Assembly: GCA_036675505.1 (NCBI GenBank)
Contig: JAKFEW010000135.1
Span: 42,686-74,685 of the forward strand
Reading direction: 5' to 3'
DNA from: Candidatus Sericytochromatia bacterium
GTDB lineage: Bacteria; Cyanobacteriota; Sericytochromatia; S15B-MN24; JAQBPE01
Length of the DNA stretch: 32,000 bases
Part shown: positions 1 to 7,903 of the stretch, piece after piece
How positions within the stretch are numbered: position 1 is the first letter of the stretch
How the letters are laid out: every line of letters starts with the position of its first letter
Notes under the pieces: generated by a model
The model's database searches: none
Told to the model about the DNA's origin: nothing
What the model saw: only the letters and a program-made list of their open reading frames with translations
Position numbers and translations under genes: made by a program

Positions 1-543
1 GCCGCCAGCGATGCCGGACGCCTTGTTCGCGAGCACCTGGTGCGAAACGCCGAGGCGCAGCAGGCCGGCGACGCGGGCCGGCAGGGCGGCGACGATCGCG
101 GTGAGCGCGCCGAGGGTCGTGGCGACGGTGCCGATCGCCAGCGTCGCCTTCTCGCGACCGCCGAGGGCCGGGTCCTTCAGCGCCTTGCCGAGCAACCTGA
201 AGTTCCAGAACGCCGAAAAGGTGAAAGCGGCAGGGCCGAGCACGCGGGTGAGGAAACGGATGCCGTTCGCCGCCTTGAGGCCCAGGTTGCCGAACGCCTC
301 GACTTTGGAGAGGATGAAGGGCAGCAGGCCCGTCTTGCCGAGCGTTTCATCGACCGCCGCCGAAACTTGTGGCGCGCCCGCAAGCGGCATGATGCGGAAC
401 TTCGCGACGTCGACCTCGGTCCGCGGCGCCGAGCCTTCGGCGCCGGCCGTCGCCTTCACGCGCTGAGCGGCGACGGGCGTCGCGACAGCGGTGGGCTTGA
501 TACGGCTGGCTTCGAAACGGTCCAGGGGCATCGGGCTCGTCAT
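1..543 (-). CDS. Hypothetical Ala/Gly-rich protein. Only the N-terminal 181 codons are in the window; the 3' end lies beyond the left edge.
   Basis: The minus frame ending at base 1 is open for all 181 codons from ATG 543..541 (alternative ATG at 531). Third codon positions are almost all G/C, as in neighbouring genes. Translation is MTSPMPLDRFEASRIKPTAV...REKATLAIGTVATTLGALTAIVAALPARVAGLL, which includes a hydrophobic segment. It is absent from the ORF track because no stop codon lies inside the window. No convincing Shine-Dalgarno sequence. Confidence 0.55.
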   Translation of the reverse strand, partial: MTSPMPLDRFEASRIKPTAVATPVAAQRVKATAGAEGSAPRTEVDVAKFRIMPLAGAPQVSAAVDETLGKTGLLPFILSKVEAFGNLGLKAANGIRFLTRVLGPAAFTFSAFWNFRLLGKALKDPALGGREKATLAIGTVATTLGALTAIVAALPARVAGLLRLGVSHQVLANKASGIAGG

Positions 544-634
544 CCAGGAGGCGCGTCAACCCCTTCTGTATAGACCCGAGACCGGCGCCCCTGGACTTTC
601 TTAGGGCAAACTTAAAGAGCGGACAAGGAAAACG

Positions 635-1324
635 CTACCGGGTCTCCCGGTGCTTGACGTCCAGCTCGACGCCCTTGAGCATCTCCGACAGGTCGGTCGT
701 CTCATAACCGGCCGGAATGTTGAACGAGCTCGCGGGCAGGCTCGAGGTGGTCGTGAAGCGCGAAACCGCCCACTGGAAGGTCGGCTTGCCCTTCTCGAAG
801 TACACGAACTTGAAGGGGATCTCGTGCTTGTCGGCGAGCCACATCTTGAAGTGGCCGTCTTTACCCTTGTACTCGCGCACCGTGCAGGCCTCGCCCGCGA
901 TGGTTTCGTGGCCGATGGCCTTGCTTTGGCCCTTGAAGGTCGTCGCGAACTCCGAAAGCTTGAACTGGCTGATCTTCTGGAGCGAGCGGTTCTCGGCGAG
1001 CTCGTCGAGGGTCGAGACCTCGAGCTTCATCGCCTGCTTCTCCTTGGGGTTGAGCAGCGTGATCGTCTTGCCACCTTCCCGGGCCAGCACGACGTTGAAG
1101 GGGGCCACGCCATCCGCGCTCACGGGCGCCGCCATCTCGAGGCGGATCTTGCCGCGCTGGTAGTGCAGCGTATTCGGCACGGTGGTCGGCCGGCCGGCGT
1201 CCCAGGTCTGGGCCTCGCCGACGGCGGTGAACGAGCTCGGCACGGCCTCGGCCGGCAGGGGCGCGAAGGCGATGCCTGCGCCGATGGCGGCGGCCGCGAA
1301 AGCGGTCCGGAAGTTGTTGTTCAA
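635..1324 (-). CDS. Secreted hypothetical protein. A LolA-like/DUF4412-like fold is only a guess.
   Basis: The ORF track gives 635..1351. I prefer the TTG start at 1324 because AAGGAG lies 6 nt upstream. This start gives MNNNFRTAFAAAAIGAGIAFAPLPAEA, a typical signal peptide. The mature part is rich in beta-type residues (KMWLADKHEIPFKFVYFEKGK). It lies 20-47 nt downstream of the batB-like gene on the same strand. Confidence 0.75.
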   Translation of the reverse strand: MNNNFRTAFAAAAIGAGIAFAPLPAEAVPSSFTAVGEAQTWDAGRPTTVPNTLHYQRGKIRLEMAAPVSADGVAPFNVVLAREGGKTITLLNPKEKQAMKLEVSTLDELAENRSLQKISQFKLSEFATTFKGQSKAIGHETIAGEACTVREYKGKDGHFKMWLADKHEIPFKFVYFEKGKPTFQWAVSRFTTTSSLPASSFNIPAGYETTDLSEMLKGVELDVKHRETR

Positions 1325-1371
1325 GTCTGTCTCCTTCGAAACCGGCCCCACCGGGCCGGGTCAGCTACAGT

Positions 1372-3204
1372 TTACCAGTCCTTCTCGAGGTCCAGGCCCC
1401 CGAGTGCCTGCTCCAACAGGTTCTGAGCGTCCGGTCCGGCGCCGCTCTGGCCGGGCGGCGGCTCCTGCGCCTGTTCGGCCTGCCGCTGCCGTTCGTCGGC
1501 CTCGAGCGCCCGCAGCAGGGAGTCGACCTCGCCTTGCGACGGCAAGTTCTTCATCGGCGGCGGCTTGTACCGCGTCTGGACGCCGACCGGGGTGGGCGAG
1601 CCGCTTTGCCCCCCACGAGCCTGGTTGCCCCCGCCGCTGCCGCTTTGCGGCTTCTGGCTCTGGCGCTGGGCCTGCTTGAGCCGCTCCCTGGCGACCTCGA
1701 GGTTGTGCTTCGCTTCCGTATCGTCCGGGCGCACCGCGATCACGGCCTCGTAGTCCGCGATCGCCTGTTGGTAGCCCTTGGGGTCTCCCTTCTTCTCCGC
1801 CAGCCGGAAATGCGCGTTGCCGAGGTTGTAGCGCACGACCGGCCGGGCCGCGTCGTCCGTGTCCCGGAGCGCATCGGTGTAGACGCGCTCGGCCTCGTCG
1901 AAGTTCCCGCGCTCGTAAAGCACGTTGCCGAGGTTGTACTTGAGCCGGAAGTTCTCGGGGTCGTGCGCGAGTGCGCCGCGCAGGAGCTTCTCGGCGCGCG
2001 GCAGGTCGCCGGTCTGGTAGGCCTGGGCGGCCTCGCCGTTGGGCAGCCAGGTGGGATACCAGGTCCAACCGCCCTGGGTCAGGGCGATCATGATCAGGAG
2101 GGCGGGGACCCCCGTCCGCCGTAACCCGGCGACCCCGTTCTCGAGGACTGGGCGACGCAGCATCCCCCGCAGCACGTCCCCGAAGCGGCGCTCGCGGCGT
2201 GGGCGGCCGACGAGCGCGAGGGCCGCCTCGCCGAGCCAGAGCAACAGCGCGAGCAGCAGCGGCAGCTGGAAGAGCTCGTAGGGTTGCGCGCCCTCCGCGG
2301 TCGCAGCCTTCGCGACGCCGGTGCCGGCCTCGACGCCGAGGGCGCCCGCGAGCGCCTTGAGCGCCTTCGGATCGCTCGCCGACACGAACTCGCCGCCGGT
2401 GGCCGCGGCCAGGCGGGTCAAGCTGCGCACGTCGAGCTTGCTCACGACCTGCTCGCCCCGGTAGGTGAGGAACGTGGGGTTGCCCCACACATCGGGCTCG
2501 GCGGGCACTGGGCCGCCCTCCGGCGTGCCGACACCCAGCGCGTGCGCGGTGGCCTTGGCCGCGCGCAGCGCGGCCACCGCGCCCTGGGCATCGCCCTCGA
2601 GCGCCTCGCCGTCGCTCACGACCAGCACGTGACGGGGACCGGCATGGCGGAAGAGCGGCGCCGCCGCGCGCAGGCCGGCCTCGAGGTCGCTGCCCTTGCC
2701 GCCGACCGCGCCCGGCCGCGCCCGCGCCATGAGCGTGCGGACCGCCTCATGGTCGGTCGTCAGCGGGCAGACGGCCTCCGCCTCGCCGGCGAACGCCACC
2801 ATGCCGACGCGCCAGCCGGCCAGGTCGCCCAGCAGCTCCTCGAGCATGGTCTGGGCCGCCTGGAGCCGGCTGGCGTCGCCCATGTCGCGCACGCGCATGC
2901 TCTTGCTCACGTCGAACACCACCACCAGGCTGCCGGCGTCCGCCAGCCTGGCCGCCGTGCCGCTCTGGCCCCAGCGTGGCTGCGCGAGCGCGACGAGCGC
3001 GAACGCCAGCGCGCCCAGCAGCATGAGGCCGCGCCAGAGGCGCAGATCGGCACCGGGCCGCACGTCCATCTTCCGCAGGGCGCCGTGGCTCGCGAAATCT
3101 TCGAGCGCGTCGCGCTCGCGTTGCACGGTCTGCCAGTGGACCAGCGCGAGCAGCGGCATCAGGAGCAGGCCGAAGAGCCAGGCGGGCGTGACGAAATGCA
3201 GCAT
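1372..3204 (-). CDS. batB: BatB-like von Willebrand factor A protein fused to a BatC-like TPR region, with a Gln/Gly/Pro-rich tail
   Basis: N-terminal TM segment, then a VWA MIDAS-type motif (VVVFDVSKSM, VLVVSDGEA). Two further hydrophobic segments follow, then TPR-like repeats (YNLGNVLYERGNFDEAERVYTDAL, YNLGNAHFRLAEKKGDPKGYQQAIADYEAVI). Its start lies 1 nt after the batA stop. Confidence 0.85.
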   Translation of the reverse strand: MLHFVTPAWLFGLLLMPLLALVHWQTVQRERDALEDFASHGALRKMDVRPGADLRLWRGLMLLGALAFALVALAQPRWGQSGTAARLADAGSLVVVFDVSKSMRVRDMGDASRLQAAQTMLEELLGDLAGWRVGMVAFAGEAEAVCPLTTDHEAVRTLMARARPGAVGGKGSDLEAGLRAAAPLFRHAGPRHVLVVSDGEALEGDAQGAVAALRAAKATAHALGVGTPEGGPVPAEPDVWGNPTFLTYRGEQVVSKLDVRSLTRLAAATGGEFVSASDPKALKALAGALGVEAGTGVAKAATAEGAQPYELFQLPLLLALLLWLGEAALALVGRPRRERRFGDVLRGMLRRPVLENGVAGLRRTGVPALLIMIALTQGGWTWYPTWLPNGEAAQAYQTGDLPRAEKLLRGALAHDPENFRLKYNLGNVLYERGNFDEAERVYTDALRDTDDAARPVVRYNLGNAHFRLAEKKGDPKGYQQAIADYEAVIAVRPDDTEAKHNLEVARERLKQAQRQSQKPQSGSGGGNQARGGQSGSPTPVGVQTRYKPPPMKNLPSQGEVDSLLRALEADERQRQAEQAQEPPPGQSGAGPDAQNLLEQALGGLDLEKDW

Positions 3205-3205
3205 G

Positions 3206-4219
3206 TCAGCGGGCCTCCAACACGCGCCAGCGCCGGGCGCCGAGGGCGAACTGCAGCAGCATCAGCACGAGCGCGGCAAGCAGCCAGGGGTGGAAGCGTT
3301 CTTCGATCAACAGGCGCTTCTTCACCTCGAACTCGCTCTTCTCCATTCGGTTGATTTCCTCGTAGACCGCGCGCAGGGCCCGCGTGTCCGTGGCGCGGAA
3401 GTATTGGCCGCCCGTCACCGAGGCGATCCGGCGCAGGCTCTCCTCGTTGATCTGCGGCAGGATCAGGTTGCCGTCCGAGTCGCGCAGGTAGACCTTCTGG
3501 CCGAACGCGTTCTGCAGCGGGATCGGCGCGCCGCCTGGCCGGCCGACGGCGATCGTGTGGATGCGCACGTTCTTCACGCGGGCCATGCCGGCCGCCTTGA
3601 TCGGATCGAGGTAGCCCGAGTTGTTCTCGCCGTCGGTGAAGAGCACGATCACCTTGCCTTTGGCGTTGTGCTCCTTGAGGCGGTAGAGGCCGTTGCCGAT
3701 CGCGTCGCCGATCGCCGTGCCATCCTGCTTGATGCTCGTGAAATCCACGCGGCCGAGCGCATCGCGCACCATGTCATGGTCGGTGGTGAGCGGGGCTGCG
3801 GTGAGCGAGCGGCCGGCGAAGACGACCAGCCCGAGCCGGTGCCCGGCCGACTTCGAGATGAACTCGCCGATGACCTGCTTGGCAGCCACCAGCCGGTTCT
3901 CGGGCTGGAAATCCTCCGCGCGCATCGAGCCCGAGATGTCGAGCGCGAGCATGATGTCGACGCCGAGCTGGCGCTCCTCCTGCCAGGTCGCCCCCCACTG
4001 GGGCCGGGCCAGCGCGATCACCACGAGGGCCAGCGCCGCGAGCCGCAGCGCCCAGTGCGCGGGCCCCACGAGGCGCGCCCAGCGTGAGGCGAGCGGGCGG
4101 GCGATCGCCGCCGTGCTGAGCCGCAAGCCGCGGCGGAAGCGTCGACCGGCCCAGGCCGCGACGGCCAGCAGCGGCACCAGGACGAGCAGGAGCAGGACCT
4201 CGGGGTTGCCCCACATCAT
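3206..4219 (-). CDS. batA: BatA-like VWA-domain membrane protein
   Basis: Begins MMWGNPEVLLLLVLVPLLAV. Contains MLALDISGSM (MIDAS motif), VIVLFTDGENN, and a C-terminal TM segment. The track ORF extends to 4690, but that extension is Arg/Pro-rich and overlaps the upstream gene, so it is unlikely to be real. The ATG at 4219 overlaps the upstream stop as ATGA. Confidence 0.85.
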   Translation of the reverse strand: MMWGNPEVLLLLVLVPLLAVAAWAGRRFRRGLRLSTAAIARPLASRWARLVGPAHWALRLAALALVVIALARPQWGATWQEERQLGVDIMLALDISGSMRAEDFQPENRLVAAKQVIGEFISKSAGHRLGLVVFAGRSLTAAPLTTDHDMVRDALGRVDFTSIKQDGTAIGDAIGNGLYRLKEHNAKGKVIVLFTDGENNSGYLDPIKAAGMARVKNVRIHTIAVGRPGGAPIPLQNAFGQKVYLRDSDGNLILPQINEESLRRIASVTGGQYFRATDTRALRAVYEEINRMEKSEFEVKKRLLIEERFHPWLLAALVLMLLQFALGARRWRVLEAR

Positions 4220-4821
4220 GACGCGACCCCCTCGGCGCTGCGCCCACCCGTGCGGGGCTGGCCGTCCTCTTCGTCGGCCGGCACGGCGAGGTCGCCGAGC
4301 GCCTCGACCACGCCCCGCGCGGTATGCAGGCGGGCCTCCATCTCGGCGGCCGAGGGCCGGTAGTCGGCGAATTTGGCGAGATCGCAGCCCGGCAGCAAAT
4401 CGGCGAGCTGGCGCTGGGTGCGCTCGTCGAGCTGGCGGCCGCCGAGCGCCGCGAGCAGCTCGGTCGTCGTCAACCGGCGGGCGGGCAGCGTGAAGCGGGC
4501 GCCCAGGTAGGCCCTGACGATCGCGGAGAGCGCGCCGTGGAACTCGCGCGGGCGGTCCGCCCCGATCAGCCCGCGGGCTGCGAGGTCCTCGAGCTGGCGC
4601 AGCGCGGAACGCGCGGGCACGGCGGCGGCGGCGGGCGGCGGCACGGGCGCGGCCGCCAGGACGGGCCGGCGCCTGTGGCGCAGCCACCAACGCACCAGCA
4701 GCCAGATGACCGCGAGCGCCAGGCCGAGCAGCGCCAGGTACCTGAGGTCCGGCGTGAAAATCATGAAGGGCTTCAGCCCGTGGATGTCGTCCAAGCGTGC
4801 GTCCCCCGGCCGCCTGACCAT
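4216..4821 (-). CDS. DUF4381-like small membrane protein, the type usually found immediately upstream of batA
   Basis: Has an N-terminal LDDIHGL motif, a single TM segment (YLALLGLALAVIWLLV) and a basic stretch RWWLRHRRRP. Position and ATGA coupling to batA fit the Bat operon. An alternative start is ATG 4764. Confidence 0.7.
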   Translation of the reverse strand: MVRRPGDARLDDIHGLKPFMIFTPDLRYLALLGLALAVIWLLVRWWLRHRRRPVLAAAPVPPPAAAAVPARSALRQLEDLAARGLIGADRPREFHGALSAIVRAYLGARFTLPARRLTTTELLAALGGRQLDERTQRQLADLLPGCDLAKFADYRPSAAEMEARLHTARGVVEALGDLAVPADEEDGQPRTGGRSAEGVAS

Positions 4822-4839
4822 TCTACCGCGACGAAATTA

Positions 4840-4851
4840 TGATCATGATCA
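4840..4851. promoter_or_regulatory. Perfect 12-bp palindrome TGATCATGATCA in a divergent promoter region (candidate operator)
   Basis: Read directly from the sequence. It lies in the 98-bp gap between the Bat-type operon (minus strand) and the 4920 gene (plus strand), and contains two GATC sites. Confidence 0.3.
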
Positions 4852-4919
4852 CAGAACTGACGAGCGGGGCTCGAATAACATAACAAGAAGATCCGCAAAC
4901 ACTAAGGGGGGAGACCTCG

Positions 4920-5336
4920 ATGACGCACGAAAACCTGCCTGGCGCCGAGCCCGTCGCCAACGACAGCCAGTTCTCCAAGCTGCGCGCGGCGCTCGCCGGC
5001 GAAGCCGCGACGCCCGAAATCGTCGCCATCTTCCAGCAGATCAAGAACCTGCGCGAGAGCGACCGCTCGCTGCGCTCGATCCGCCGGAACCTCGATCTCG
5101 ACAACATGCCGTCGCTCGACCCCGTCACCGAGACGGTCACCGATGAGCTGACCACCGTGCCGACCTCCGAGCTCGGCCTGCTGCTCGATTCGTTCATCAG
5201 CCTCAAGCGAGAGAAGGACGCGCTGGGCGACCGCCTGGCGAAGATGATCTCCACGGCCGATCAGCTGGAGACCAAGGTCAACCACCTGACCAACCTGCTC
5301 GAGCGGACCAGCGCGAAGCTCGAGTCGAACGGCTAG
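4920..5336 (+). CDS. Hypothetical acidic coiled-coil protein (138 aa)
   Basis: Strong SD (AAGGGGGGAG) 7 nt upstream of the ATG and high GC3. The C-terminal part has heptad-like Leu spacing (LKREKDALGDRLAKMISTADQLETKVNHLTNLLERTSAKLE). I recognise no family. Confidence 0.7.
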   Translation: MTHENLPGAEPVANDSQFSKLRAALAGEAATPEIVAIFQQIKNLRESDRSLRSIRRNLDLDNMPSLDPVTETVTDELTTVPTSELGLLLDSFISLKREKDALGDRLAKMISTADQLETKVNHLTNLLERTSAKLESNG

Positions 5337-5386
5337 CCTGCCGAGCCGATTGGGCCATCGCCCAACCGGCAGACCCCGCGGCGTTG

Positions 5387-5416
5387 TTGACGATTTCGCG
5401 GGGGCTGTGGCACAAT
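5387..5416 (+). promoter_or_regulatory. Sigma-70-like promoter for tRNA-Leu (TTGACG, 18-nt spacer, CACAAT)
   Basis: TTGACG is at 5387-5392 and CACAAT at 5411-5416, about 30 nt upstream of the tRNA 5' end. Confidence 0.4.
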
Positions 5417-5447
5417 GAAACCGTTGCGCCCCGCAAAGGCGTAGCCC

Positions 5448-5527
5448 GCTCAGGTGGCGGAATTGGCAGACGCGCACGTTTGAGGGGCGTGTGGGAAACC
5501 GTACGGGTTCAAGTCCCGTCCTGAGCA
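5448..5527 (+). tRNA. tRNA-Leu, anticodon GAG
   Basis: Hand-folded cloverleaf. Acceptor stem GCTCAGG pairs with CCTGAGC. The D arm GCGGAATTGGCAGACGC is typical of tRNA-Leu. Anticodon stem CACGT/GCGTG carries loop TTGAGGG (U33, anticodon GAG). There is an 11-nt variable arm and a T arm ACGGG-TTCAAGT-CCCGT, with discriminator A. No CCA is encoded. Confidence 0.9.
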
Positions 5528-5530
5528 CTG

Positions 5531-5558
5531 AGGCCTCCCGTCATGGGGGGCCTTTTTT
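5531..5558 (+). terminator. Rho-independent terminator after tRNA-Leu
   Basis: A 9-bp GC-rich stem (AGGCCTCCC / GGGGGGCCT) with a 5-nt loop, followed by TTTTTT. Confidence 0.75.
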
Positions 5559-5576
5559 ACGCCCCTCATCCTCGCT

Positions 5577-5725
5577 ACGGGCCTTGGAGGCGATTTATAG
5601 CCGCCCCACGAGAGAGAGTCGAGATCCGCCGAGGTCACGGGCCTTGGAGGCGATTTATAGCCGCCCCACCCACCCACCCCACGAGAGAGAGTCGAGATCC
5701 GCCGAGGTCACGGGCCTTGGAGGCG
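5577..5725. repeat. Tandem direct repeat of 60-nt and 73-nt units plus a 16-nt partial third copy that forms the 3' end of recD2
   Basis: Copy 1 is 5577-5636. Copy 2 is 5637-5709 and is identical except for a 13-nt C-tract insertion. ACGGGCCTTGGAGGCG recurs at 5710-5725, inside the recD2 coding end. Confidence 0.9.
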
Positions 5726-7903
5726 TTCCTTTAGCCGCGTGAAGCGCTTGTCCACGTCGGCGTTCCGCAGCGCCATCGCGATCGCCTTGCGCTGCCCCAC
5801 CAGCACCGCGACCCGCTTCGCGCGGGTCAGCGCCGTATAGAGCAAGTTTCGCTGCAGCATCGGGAAGTGCGTGGTCATGATCGGCACCACCACCGCCGGG
5901 AACTCGCTGCCCTGGCTCTTGTGGACCGTGATCGCGAAGGCCAGCGCCAGCTCGTTGAGGTCCGAGAAGTCGTATTCGATCGGCACCTCGACCGTTCGCA
6001 GCGTCAGCGTCTGCTCCTCCGGGTCGATCGCGTCGACGATGCCCATGTCGCCGTTGAAGACCTGCTTGTCGTAGTTGTTGCGCAGCTGGATCGCCTTGTC
6101 GCCGACCCTGAAAGTCCGGGCCCCCACGCTCACGCCGGCCAGCCCCGCGCGTTGCGGGTTCAGCGCGTCCTGCAGCCGCGCGTTGAGGTTGGTCGCGCCC
6201 ACCACGCCGCGGTTCATCGGGCAGAGCACCTGGATGTCGGCCACCGGGTCGAGGCCGAAGCGCTTCGGCAGGCTCTTGCCCACCGCGTTCACGATCAGCC
6301 TCGCGGCGTCCTCCGGGTCTTCGACCTCGAGGAAGTAGCAGTCCGCGCGCACCTCGCCGGTCGGCACGAGGAGCTCGGGGAACTCGCCGCGCCGGATCTT
6401 GTGGGCGTTCTTGACGATCAGGCTCGCCTCGGCCTGCCGGAAGACCTTCGTCAGCTCGACCGCCGGCACCCGCCCGCTCGCCAGCACGTCGCGCAGCACG
6501 TTGCCAGGCCCGACCGAGGGCAGCTGGTTCGTGTCGCCGACCAGGATCAGGTGACCGAGGGGCGGGATGGCCTTGAGGAGGCTGTTCGCGAGCAGCGAGT
6601 CGAGCATCGAGGCTTCGTCCACCAGCACCACGTCCGCCTCGACCGGGCGATCGGCATCGCGCGTGAAGCCCATGCGATCCGGCGCGAATTCGAGCAACCG
6701 GTGCAAGGTCTTGGCCTCACGGCCCGTGACCTCGGACAGTCGCTTGGCCGCTCGGCCGGTCGGGCTCGCGAGCAGCACGATCTGCTCGTAGGCTGCGAGC
6801 AGGCGCACGATCGTGCGCACGGTGGTGGTCTTGCCGGTGCCCGGGCCGCCGGTGAGCACGAAGACCCGGCTCCGAACGGCGGCGAGCACGGCCAGGCGTT
6901 GCTCCTCGGAAAGGGCGATCGCCTCTTCCGCCTGGATCTCGGCCAGGCGCGCCTCGAGGTCGTCCGGCACCTCCGCCGGCCGCGCGACGAGCTTCAACAA
7001 CCGGCGCGCCAGGTTCGTCTCGGCCATCCAGAGCGAGGGGAGCCAGACCAGCGGCTCGTCGCCCCAGTCCGCCTCAACGATTACCTCTTCGGCACAGGCG
7101 AGCTCGGCGAGCGGGGTCTCGAGCGCCTGCGGCTCCACGCCGAGGATCTCGGCGCCCGAGCTGATCAGCTGGGCGCGCGGCTGGGTCATATGGCCCTGGT
7201 CCGACGCCTCGCCGAGCACGTGCAGCAGGCCCGCGCGCAGCCGCATGGGGGCGTCGTGGGGCACGCCCAGGTTGCGCGCGATGCGATCCGCCGTCTTGAA
7301 GCCGATGCCCCAGACGTCCTTCGCGAGCCGGTAAGGGTCGTGGGTCACGACCTGGATCGACTCGTCGCCGTAGGTCTTGAAAATTTTCACAGCATAGGTC
7401 GTCGCGACGCCGTGCGTCTGCAGGAAGATCATCACTTCCTTGATCCGCTTCTGGTCCTGCCAGGCCCGCCCGATCATCGCCACGCGGTGGGGGCCCACGC
7501 CGCGCACCTCGTTCATGCGCTCGGGCGAGTGCTCGATGATGTCGAGGATCTCCATGCCGAAGTGCTTGACCAGGCGCTTCGCGGTCTTCGGCCCGACACC
7601 TTTGATCAGGCCCGATCCCAGGTACTTCTCGAGGCCGACGAGCGTGGCCGGCTTCTCGACCTCGTAGCGCTCGGCTTTGAACTGGGGCCCGTGCTTGGGG
7701 TGCGCGCCCCAGGCGCCCACGATTTTCACGGCCTCGCCGGCCGAGAGGCTGCCGAAATGCCCGATCACGGTCACGAGCTCGGGTTGACCCGCGACCGCCA
7801 GCTTGGCGACCGTGTAGCCATTCTCCTGGTTGTGGTAGGTGATGCGCTCCACCAGCCCGCGAATCGTCTGGCCGGGCAGGGGGAGGCCGCGCTCGTCGCC
7901 CAT
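5708..7903 (-). CDS. recD2: RecD2-type SF1 ATP-dependent DNA helicase (RecD/TraA family)
   Basis: N-terminus GLVERITYHNQENGYTVAKL is typical of RecD2/YrrC. Helix-hairpin-helix region LIKGVGPKTAKRL, Walker A VLTGGPGTGKTT, DEASM, and C-terminal VHKSQGSEF...LLYTALTRAK. I prefer ATG 7903 (ACGAGG upstream) over the track start at 7990. Confidence 0.9.
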   Translation of the reverse strand: MGDERGLPLPGQTIRGLVERITYHNQENGYTVAKLAVAGQPELVTVIGHFGSLSAGEAVKIVGAWGAHPKHGPQFKAERYEVEKPATLVGLEKYLGSGLIKGVGPKTAKRLVKHFGMEILDIIEHSPERMNEVRGVGPHRVAMIGRAWQDQKRIKEVMIFLQTHGVATTYAVKIFKTYGDESIQVVTHDPYRLAKDVWGIGFKTADRIARNLGVPHDAPMRLRAGLLHVLGEASDQGHMTQPRAQLISSGAEILGVEPQALETPLAELACAEEVIVEADWGDEPLVWLPSLWMAETNLARRLLKLVARPAEVPDDLEARLAEIQAEEAIALSEEQRLAVLAAVRSRVFVLTGGPGTGKTTTVRTIVRLLAAYEQIVLLASPTGRAAKRLSEVTGREAKTLHRLLEFAPDRMGFTRDADRPVEADVVLVDEASMLDSLLANSLLKAIPPLGHLILVGDTNQLPSVGPGNVLRDVLASGRVPAVELTKVFRQAEASLIVKNAHKIRRGEFPELLVPTGEVRADCYFLEVEDPEDAARLIVNAVGKSLPKRFGLDPVADIQVLCPMNRGVVGATNLNARLQDALNPQRAGLAGVSVGARTFRVGDKAIQLRNNYDKQVFNGDMGIVDAIDPEEQTLTLRTVEVPIEYDFSDLNELALAFAITVHKSQGSEFPAVVVPIMTTHFPMLQRNLLYTALTRAKRVAVLVGQRKAIAMALRNADVDKRFTRLKERLQGP

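Noticed and set aside
4220-4690. An in-frame N-terminal extension of batA (track ORF 3206..4690)
   Set aside because: The extension is Arg/Pro/Ala low-complexity sequence and fully overlaps the DUF4381-like gene in another frame. MMWGNPEVLLLL at 4219 is a typical BatA N-terminus, and its start overlaps the upstream stop as ATGA.
5577-5725. A CRISPR array, or a tRNA-linked genomic island
   Set aside because: There are only about 2.3 directly abutting copies with no spacers, so it is a tandem repeat and not a CRISPR array. No integrase or foreign-composition DNA follows tRNA-Leu; recD2 begins immediately.
5450-5742. Small ORFs (63-83 aa) with internally repeated peptides such as WGGYKSPPRPV
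   Set aside because: Their repeats simply reflect the DNA tandem repeat. They overlap the tRNA and terminator and have no start signals.
5708-7903. The RecD2-like helicase as part of a defence system
   Set aside because: It has the full housekeeping RecD2/YrrC architecture. It has no nuclease, ATPase partner or other defence-associated neighbour; its flanks are a tRNA and a lipoprotein.
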